A stretch of 64,000 bases of DNA from Candidatus Kapaibacterium sp. (GTDB lineage: Bacteria; Bacteroidota; Ignavibacteria; Kapaibacteriales; UBA2268). Position numbers and translations under genes: made by a program. Each line of letters starts with the position of its first letter. The first letter of the stretch is position 1. Location of the stretch: positions 3,456,001 to 3,520,000 of the forward strand of contig OY762428.1 in NCBI GenBank assembly GCA_963665665.1, given 5' to 3'. Under the pieces are notes generated by a model. The model did not search any database, had not been told where the DNA came from, and worked only from the letters and a program-made list of their open reading frames with translations. Shown one piece after another: positions 42,401-49,097 of this stretch.

Positions 42401-42492
42401 AATGGACAGTTAACAATCTTCCGGCAGGCGCTTACATAGTAAGAATGGTTAACGGTAACACAGTTAAAACACACAAGATCATTCTTAAATAA
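39412..42492 (+). CDS. Secreted T9SS protein with two tandem ~445-aa beta-helix-like domains
   Basis: Duplicated HGGTDIGDGNEINGL...DDGFEFFGGTVN; NYPNPF CTD. Confidence 0.85.
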   Translation: MKIKLFTALFAMIVLSLNLTAAEVSVFDADINSGDKTYWTNDNVYVLEEMVFVEDGAELYIQEGTVIKGKEGQKEDSKALVICRGAKIFAEGTPNKPIIFTAYADDPYSMTDLPLTETGLWGGVIILGKSVTNNTSGEKNIEGIDENEPRGKYGVADGEGDPHDNSGVVRYVSIRHGGTDIGDGNEINGLSLGAVGDGTTIEYVEVWYNKDDGFEFFGGTVNARYLVSAYNGDDSFDYDEGFNGKGQFWFSIQAENRGGNAGEHDGGNKPDDSEPYARPEIYNVTYIGSGLNSENTGKDGSKGFLIRDNAGGKYYNSIFMDTPDLGLEVEDLESGHDSRERLETGDLVFNNNIWWNVGGETTTVETISPDAEKYSQDFVRSYLADANNNNWIVDPQIMSISRNIANPDGGLDPRPAYGSPAFTNATAPVPTNGFFEAADYIGAFGPGNLWIDHWTLLSQSGIMKELRKTEVSVSDADINAGDMVTWTSDNVYVLDDMVFVEEGATLTIEPGTVIKGKDGQKEDSKALVICRGAKIMAEGTPVQPIIFTAYADDPYSVTDLPLTETGLWGGVLILGKSITNNVSGEKNIEGIDENEPRGKYGVADGAGDPHDNSGVFKYCQIRHGGTDIGDGNEINGLSMGAVGDGTVIENVEVWYNKDDGFEFFGGTVNTRFLVSAFNGDDSFDYDEGFSGKGQFWFSIQAANRGGNAGEHDGGNKPDDATPYAIPYVYNVTYIGSGVNSENTGKDGSKIFLLRDNAGGKYFNNIFMDTPDLGADIEDLESGHDSRERLEQGDLKLQGNIWWHIGSETTTVETISPDAEKYTQDFVREYLSNADNKNVIVDPKLYGISRNVVTPDGGLDPRPMMESPAWTADRMPVYGVNNTFFAVAEYNGAFGHYNWLSDWTFLSQAGVTGGMAGRNPMIELATGVDEPTSVEEQPIENNGENGISNYPNPFEETTEIQFYVSEYSNVKVTVFNSMGQEVETLVNKTLAPGLYGAKWTVNNLPAGAYIVRMVNGNTVKTHKIILK

Positions 42493-42544
42493 GAAATATT
42501 GTCATTCCTTGGGGGTGTGGACCTTGTCCCCCCCTATATTTTAC

Positions 42545-42579
42545 AAATGCCGCCGGGCTTATCAGCAGGGCGGCATTTT
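42545..42579 (+). terminator. Intrinsic terminator
   Basis: aaatgccgcc...ggcggcatttt. Confidence 0.7.
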
Positions 42580-42684
42580 GTGTTTTATTGAAAATGAATA
42601 GGAATGTCTCCCGTTGGCGGGGGTGTCCGAAGGACGGGGGTGGATTTCTTTTTCTTGCTTTCAAACATCGGTGAAATGCCTCTG

Positions 42685-42795
42685 ACCCTTCCTACCTCCC
42701 CCCGACCCCCTCCTTCGGAAGGAGGGGGAGTTAATTCCATGATATTTAACTTCTTATCCCCTCCTAATGTAGGAGGGGATTATAGGGGTGGTTTC
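42685..42795 (+). repeat. GC-rich double-hairpin (REP-like) module, copy A
   Basis: ccccctccttcggaaggaggggg and cccctcctaatgtaggagggg; matches copies at 44313 and 44544. Confidence 0.85.
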
Positions 42796-42918
42796 TTCAT
42801 ACATTATCTGGCGAACAAAGATGGATTCTTCCGTCGCTTCGCTCCGTCAGAATGACAACATAATACTTCCTTCTCCGGCCCTTTCCCCCCGTTCTTCCAC
42901 CGCAATTAACCAAGCACC

Positions 42919-43278
42919 GGCCTTAATTCCCCATCCTGTGGTTTCAATGAACCTGATAATTTCCTTAATTCAAAGCTGTTTTGCTCCAGAATCCTGATAT
43001 TTGGGCTAATTGCTTTGTTGGCAGGGCTTTATACTGCCTTGTCCGGAGGTATTGAAGCATTGTTTTGCCTTAATGTAGTGATATTTGGCTTCATTGCTCA
43101 CTTGTTTCACCTCAATGATGTCTTGTTCGGATTCATTGATGTCTTGTCCGGTCTCATTGCTCACTTGTTCTGCATCACTGTTGTCTTGTTCCGCTTCATT
43201 GATGTCTTGTTCTGCCTCATTGCTCACTTGTATGGCTTCATTGCTCACTTGTCCGGCTTCATTGCTTGCTTGTTTGGC
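42919..43278 (-). repeat. Left 21-bp tandem array, ~17 units
   Basis: Units such as ggcttcattgctcacttgtcc in exact 21-bp phase; well conserved at 43087-43275 and decaying leftward. Confidence 0.88.
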
Positions 43279-43320
43279 ATTGAAATCCCGAAGATAGAGA
43301 TGAGAATAGTCTATAGATAG

Positions 43321-43806
43321 AACTGATAATCAAATATTCAATCTAAAATACTATATATTATACTATTTGTATTAAATATATAGTATTTATAATAATTTAT
43401 ATAATATATCCAAGCCTTGATATAGTTCATCTAACAAAACTTTTTATATAAATAACTAAATATTATATACATATAATTAAATAATTGGTATGATTTATTA
43501 AATTAATTTTATAAACTATTAAATATCAGTATTAACCTATTAATTAATTAGTATATCTAATTTGTTAGAACAATTAAATATATCCTTGGATACATAATTA
43601 ATTTTATAAAAAGAGAATAATAAATAATACTATTTAGTGATTAATGACTTGTATGAATTATTAATTTGATTAATTATATTATTAATATTGTAAATCTATA
43701 TGATTATTTAATAATCTGATAAATATATTTATTACAAACACTTAAATATTTACTAATTCTTATAATATATTTTATTATTCAAATATTATAAATAATAAAA
43801 TCAGTT
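43321..43806. other. Ultra-AT-rich (~13% GC) self-complementary spacer
   Basis: Manual count of 61 G+C in 43321-43800; terminal aactgat/atcagtt; several nested inverted repeats. Confidence 0.75.
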
Positions 43807-43829
43807 AAATATTCCGGATTCCAACGCTA

Positions 43830-44312
43830 CACAAGCAATCATTACCACCAAACAAGGCAGCAATGCCTACAAACAAGGCGACAATGCCTCCAAACAAGGC
43901 AACAATAAAATCAACCATCGGTGCAATGGCGTCAAACATTGGTGCAATGCTTCTGAACAAGGCAGCAATAACTTCAAACAAGACAACCATAATTCCTAAC
44001 AAGGCGACAATGCCTCCAAACAAGGCAACAATAAAATCAAACATCGGTGCAATGGCGTCAAACAAGGCAACAATAACTCCTAACAAGGCGACAATAGCTT
44101 CAAACATCGGTGCAATGGCGTCAAACATTGGTGCAATGCTTCTGAACAAGGTAGCAATGACTCCTAACAAAGCATCAATGACTCCTAACAAGGCATCATT
44201 ATCTTCAAACAAGGCAGCAATAACTTCGAACAAAGCGACAATACTTTCGAACATCTGTACTTTGCCTCTAAACAAGGCATCAATGACTTAGAACATCGGT
44301 TCTTTGCTTTCG
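43830..44312 (+). repeat. Right 21-bp tandem array, 23 units
   Basis: Units such as aacaaggcagcaatgcctaca and aacatcggtgcaatggcgtca; higher-order repeat 43872-43934 similar to 43998-44060. Confidence 0.93.
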
Positions 44313-44669
44313 ACCCTTCCTACCTCACCCCGGCCCCCTCCTTCGAAAGGAGGGGGAGTTAATTCTATGATATTTAACTTCTTATCCCCTCCTAAAGTAG
44401 GAGGGGAGTACAGGGGAGGTTTTCTTTCTTTGCTTCCGACCAAGGCAGCAATGACTCCGACCCCTCCCAAACCCTCCCCGAAGGAGAGGGCTTTGAAGTA
44501 AAACAAGGCAGCAATAGAATAAACCATTGGTTCTTTGCTTTCGCCTCTTCCTATCTCTCACTGGCCTTCTCCTTCGAAAGGAGGGGGAGTTAATTCTATG
44601 TTATTTAACTTCTTATCCCCTCCTTGCGGAGGAGTGGATTATAGAGGTGGTTTTCTTTCTTTGCTTCCG
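44313..44669 (+). repeat. REP-like hairpin modules B (44313-44438) and C (44544-44669) plus a 42-bp hairpin (44460-44501), interleaved with 21-mers
   Basis: Direct similarity to copy A; 21-mer units at 44439, 44502 and 44523. Confidence 0.85.
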
Positions 44670-44761
44670 AACATTACATCTATTTCCACGAGATAGAGAA
44701 CGCGGCTATTGATTATTAGGATGCTAAGTCCGGGATGTCATCCTGAAACGGCTGGTCGGGA

Positions 44762-45628
44762 TCACAGCTTATTATCGAGAATATATTGTGTATTCAGGCG
44801 GGGGTCCTTATAGCCGGGGCTGATTTTCAGGGCTTTGGAAAAATGTTCCAGGGCCTTGTTATACCTGCCAATTCTTGCAAGGGCAAATCCTGTTTTGTTC
44901 TCATTCTCAGCGTAGGCATAATCTCTGCGTACAGTTGAAAGGAATAATTCCTCGTCATAATAATTGAGATCGAAATTACCTGCTTCGAGGAAAGCCTTTA
45001 TCCTGCTTTTTTCATCTTCATCTCTCCTGTAGCGGTAGCATGAGAAAATCAGCATATCATGGTAATAAGCTGCCATATCTTCCCTGTAATCAAGTGCTTT
45101 TTTGAAGAATGTATACGAATTTTCCCAGTTAGCTGTATTCATGTAGTAAATGCCTCTCTTCATAGGCTTATCTATCATGTAGCGGTTAGCATTATCAGAT
45201 TTTTCAAAATTTGCTAAAGCTCCGAGGCTGTCCTTGTTTTTCAGGCTGATAATTGCCAGGTTATTATAAATGTCTGCACTGTCTGCATGTTTCATAGTGA
45301 GTGCTTTTTTTAATGATTGCCTGGCTTCGTCTATCAGATTTAGTTTTATCATGCTTACTGCCGCGTTATTATGAGCGGCTGCTGAATTAGGCATTTCTTC
45401 TATTGCTTTGCGGTATTTTATTATTGCTTCCCGGTCGTTGCCGTTTTGGGACAGCGCCATGGCTTCTTCGAGCGTATAATTTACTTCCTGTTCCCTGTTG
45501 CCTTCAGTAATGCTTTGAAGAAATGGTGGATCGATTAATATAATGGCTGCTGAAATAGCTATGAATACATATATGCCAATTAGTGTTAACGAAATCGCTT
45601 TATCTGAAACTATCGGTTTGTTTTCCAT
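44762..45628 (-). CDS. Membrane-anchored TPR protein
   Basis: N-terminal TM segment; TPR motifs AHNNAA, IYNNLA, ALEHFSKALKISP. Confidence 0.8.
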   Translation of the reverse strand: MENKPIVSDKAISLTLIGIYVFIAISAAIILIDPPFLQSITEGNREQEVNYTLEEAMALSQNGNDREAIIKYRKAIEEMPNSAAAHNNAAVSMIKLNLIDEARQSLKKALTMKHADSADIYNNLAIISLKNKDSLGALANFEKSDNANRYMIDKPMKRGIYYMNTANWENSYTFFKKALDYREDMAAYYHDMLIFSCYRYRRDEDEKSRIKAFLEAGNFDLNYYDEELFLSTVRRDYAYAENENKTGFALARIGRYNKALEHFSKALKISPGYKDPRLNTQYILDNKL

Positions 45629-45629
45629 A

Positions 45630-46901
45630 TCAGTGGTGGTATATTAATATCACATTTTTATTATTTTTTTTTAGCCTGTTGAATTCTTCAATGGCCTTTT
45701 TGTTTTCAAGTATAGCAAGCTGTGTGCCCCTGCCGGTATTCGGGTTGTATATGAATTGCGGTACCCTTGTACTTTTTATTGCTTCAAGCCCCTGACCGCC
45801 AATATTGTTCTTTCCTTTGGAAAATATCAGGATGTCAGGTTCTTTTTTCAGTATTGTCTGCAAATCAACCGAGTTAAAATAATCTTTTTTATCAACCAGC
45901 CTGAACCAACCATCCGAATAAAGCATTACATCAAAATATATAATTGGCAGGCCACGGTAAAGAATTGTATTCTCTCCGGAATATTCAGCGCCTGAATCAG
46001 AATTACTAACAGCAGAATAAATAACTGAAATGATTACTAATGCACTAATAACAGATATAGCATATTTTCCGATTTTAATTGTCGTGAGATGAATCAGGAT
46101 TAATAAAACAATTGTTATTGCAAGGCTTATGGAAACAGCTTCAAATATCAAAGCGGTATCGGTTAAAAATGAGGATACTGATACAAGTGCTATCGCGAAG
46201 ATCATATAAATAAACAACAGGGATATGGGATTCCTGAAATAATCTCCGATTTTTTTGTTTCTAATATTTTTGAAATTATCAAGTATTCTACCATTTTCGA
46301 TAAAAAATAATACAAAAATAATTCCCATTACTGAACCGAATGAATCTTTGGCAATATCACATAAATCAAATATTCTGTTTGAAATAAAGTATTGGAATCC
46401 CTCATCAATTGCAGAAATAATCAATGCTTTGAAGAATATTATTGTGATTAGTTTGTTATATGGAAGATTTTTATGCTTCAATGCACGGTACATAACAAAA
46501 GCGAAAAGTCCGTATGCAATGTAGTGCCAGTTCTGCTGAAGGTCAAAGAAAGAAAGATCAAGATAATAATCGCTTACATTATGCCCGATGAAAACCATGA
46601 TTATAATATAAGCAAGGGATATTGTGCGCGAGGCTGAAAGTTTCCCAAGATTCGGGATTAAACCAATAAGGCCCAGAACAATAACAACTGACAGTATTAT
46701 AGGTATATTAATATCAAATAATGAAAATGAAAGATGTGATAATTCCCTGATGGAAGTTTGAAGGTAATTAGTAACCATCAAAAAAGGTGTAATAATCAGC
46801 AGCATATCGAAAAGGATGATATTTACTGCCGGGCTGAAAACTTTTGTATTTTTATTATTTTTTGTCATTGCCTTTGTCTTTTGAATTACAATATTTCTCA
46901 A
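45630..46901 (-). CDS. Membrane protein with VanZ-like segment and Mth938-like C-terminal domain
   Basis: HYIAYGL...DEGFQYFISNRIFDLCD (VanZ-like); C-terminal AIEEFNRL...ILIYHH. Start uncertain. Confidence 0.6.
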   Translation of the reverse strand: MRNIVIQKTKAMTKNNKNTKVFSPAVNIILFDMLLIITPFLMVTNYLQTSIRELSHLSFSLFDINIPIILSVVIVLGLIGLIPNLGKLSASRTISLAYIIIMVFIGHNVSDYYLDLSFFDLQQNWHYIAYGLFAFVMYRALKHKNLPYNKLITIIFFKALIISAIDEGFQYFISNRIFDLCDIAKDSFGSVMGIIFVLFFIENGRILDNFKNIRNKKIGDYFRNPISLLFIYMIFAIALVSVSSFLTDTALIFEAVSISLAITIVLLILIHLTTIKIGKYAISVISALVIISVIYSAVSNSDSGAEYSGENTILYRGLPIIYFDVMLYSDGWFRLVDKKDYFNSVDLQTILKKEPDILIFSKGKNNIGGQGLEAIKSTRVPQFIYNPNTGRGTQLAILENKKAIEEFNRLKKNNKNVILIYHH

Positions 46902-48315
46902 TATATTCCATTGCCGGTTTAAAACCGAGATTAAAAGATTTATTCCAGCTTTTACATGCTTCGGATTCTTTTCCCATCATATATTGCGCGTTGGCAAGGT
47001 TATACCATCCCTGTGAAAATTCAGGGTCAATCTTTACGGATTTTTTGAAATCAGGTAATGCTCTGTCTGTTTTTTTCATATTCATATAAGCGTTGCCACG
47101 GCTATTGTATGCGTCCCTGAAACTATCATTAAGTGATATAACTTTGCTATAATCCTTTACAGCTCCTTTCAGGTCACCCGTGTCAAATTTAGCTTCGCCA
47201 CGAAGATAATAAGCATCTACAAATTTCCTGTCAAATTTTATTGCTTTGTCATATTCCTTTATTGCTCCGGCAGGATTCTTTTTATCTCTTTTTATATTAC
47301 CAAGCTGGAAAAAAGCTACCGGGTTTACCGGATTTATCCTTGTACTTGTTATAAGGTCTTTTTCAGCTTTATTAATTTCTCCCAATCTGTAAAAAGCTAT
47401 TCCCCGGGCCAGGAACACCTCCTGATTTTTCAATCCAAACTCTATTGCTTTGCTGTAATCTTCAGCTGCGCCTTTGAAATCATTTTTATCCATTCTGGCC
47501 AAAGCCCTGTTCTGATAAGCGTCAATATTTTTCGGATTTTTTCTTAGCGCTTCGGTGAAATCGGAAATGGCATCGTCGTATTGTCTGATTTTATACCTGA
47601 TTATTCCCCTGTTCAGGTAAAGGCCTGGTATTTTATTGTTAAGTTCAATGGCCCTGCTTAAATCGTATTCAGCTTCGGTGTTCAATCCAATATTTGATTT
47701 GGCTACACCGCGGCTCATATAAGCTTCGGCAAAATCGGGGAGCAGCTTGATAGACATATCGTAATCTTTTATTGCTTTTTTATCGTTTTTAATATTGGCA
47801 TAAGCCACTGCACGGTTGTACCATGTGTAACCGTTCGTCGGGTCAAGGTTAAGAGCGTGATTGAAATCTTCAATGGCTTCTTTATCCTTTCCCAAATCCA
47901 TTAGGACGTATGCTCTGTTCTCGTAGCTGCTGACAATAGTGGAGTCCAGTTTGACAGCCATGGAATAATCGTTGATTGCTCCTGTATCATTTCCAAGATT
48001 GTGTTTTGCGTTACCTCTGTAAATGTATAAACCTGCTATATCAGGCTTAATAGAAATCGATTTATCATAATCTTTCAGGGCTTGCTTTTTATTTCCGAGT
48101 TCAAACCATGCTTTTGCCCTGCCCGCATATAAGATATGTTCGTCGGGTGTTTGTGCAATAGCACTGTCGTAGTACCTGATTGCTGTTTCCCATTGTTCGA
48201 TTTTAAGCAGTTCCGCAGCTTTGTTATGGAAAGTATAGTCCTGCTGTGCCTGAACATTGGTAATCACTAAAATAAGGCCTGTTAATAATAGGTAAATGAA
48301 TTTTTTTATTGACAT
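46855..48315 (-). CDS. Exported TPR-repeat protein
   Basis: Signal peptide and many AYxxRG...AIxDYxKAI repeats. Confidence 0.92.
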   Translation of the reverse strand: MSIKKFIYLLLTGLILVITNVQAQQDYTFHNKAAELLKIEQWETAIRYYDSAIAQTPDEHILYAGRAKAWFELGNKKQALKDYDKSISIKPDIAGLYIYRGNAKHNLGNDTGAINDYSMAVKLDSTIVSSYENRAYVLMDLGKDKEAIEDFNHALNLDPTNGYTWYNRAVAYANIKNDKKAIKDYDMSIKLLPDFAEAYMSRGVAKSNIGLNTEAEYDLSRAIELNNKIPGLYLNRGIIRYKIRQYDDAISDFTEALRKNPKNIDAYQNRALARMDKNDFKGAAEDYSKAIEFGLKNQEVFLARGIAFYRLGEINKAEKDLITSTRINPVNPVAFFQLGNIKRDKKNPAGAIKEYDKAIKFDRKFVDAYYLRGEAKFDTGDLKGAVKDYSKVISLNDSFRDAYNSRGNAYMNMKKTDRALPDFKKSVKIDPEFSQGWYNLANAQYMMGKESEACKSWNKSFNLGFKPAMEYIEKYCNSKDKGNDKK

Positions 48316-48484
48316 ATCAAATTTTCCGTGGCATATTTTATAATAAATTCCAATTTTGAAATTAGTGATTATTTGAATTAAAACAAAATTGGCCGGAATA
48401 TATTTTTCCCTTTGTATATCAAATTATTTGAGATGAAGTATCCTTTTTATATTTTTGCATTTTATCATCAACAAAAATACAGCC

Positions 48485-49033
48485 ATGGATTGGAAAAAAA
48501 TACTTAACGACTCAGGGAAGAAAACAATATACAGGGTGGCCGGTATTGCCGGCACTGATGCGAATGCTTTCGAACAGCTTCTGGAGCTTTCGCTTACCGA
48601 TAAATCGCCAATGTGCAATCGGGCTGCCCGGGCGATGTATCTGTGCCTTGAGAAAGATATTTTTTTAATTGAGCCACACGTGGGCAGAATAGTTAGAACA
48701 TTGCCTGATTTGAAGAATGAAAGCTTACGTGGAAATTTTATAAAAATGTTCACTATTTGCAACCTGCCGGAGGATGAAGATGACCTTGGAGGTATGATTA
48801 ATATTTGCTTTGATTTTATGAACATGAGTATGAAAAGAATAGCTGCAAAAATATATAGTATGGAAGTCCTTTACAGGATTTGTGAATTTCTGCCTGAACT
48901 AAAAGGTGAATTGTACTGGACAATAAAAAATCAAATGCCGTATTCAACACCGGGCTTTATTAGCCGGGGCAGAAAAATTATCAAAAAATTGAATTATTCT
49001 CCTGATGATGAGTATATTTCAGAAATGGAGTAA
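48485..49033 (+). CDS. Hypothetical helical-repeat protein
   Basis: Long ORF; SMEVLY...PELKGEL...TPGFISRGRK pattern. Confidence 0.6.
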   Translation: MDWKKILNDSGKKTIYRVAGIAGTDANAFEQLLELSLTDKSPMCNRAARAMYLCLEKDIFLIEPHVGRIVRTLPDLKNESLRGNFIKMFTICNLPEDEDDLGGMINICFDFMNMSMKRIAAKIYSMEVLYRICEFLPELKGELYWTIKNQMPYSTPGFISRGRKIIKKLNYSPDDEYISEME

Positions 49034-49097
49034 CGAAACTTCGTTAAATTTGTTTATCTTATATATTAGATTGACTTAAAATTATTATGGTGTAAAT

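Noticed and set aside
42604-42997. Pro/Gly-rich short ORFs (also 44304-44712)
   Set aside because: They are translations of REP-like hairpin repeats.
43321-43806. Canonical oriC
   Set aside because: I saw no consensus DnaA boxes in or beside the core, and no dnaA, dnaN or gidA neighbours. A non-canonical origin is not excluded.
42919-44312. CRISPR array with AT-rich leader
   Set aside because: The 21-bp period is too short, there is no constant repeat plus unique spacer, and no cas genes are present.
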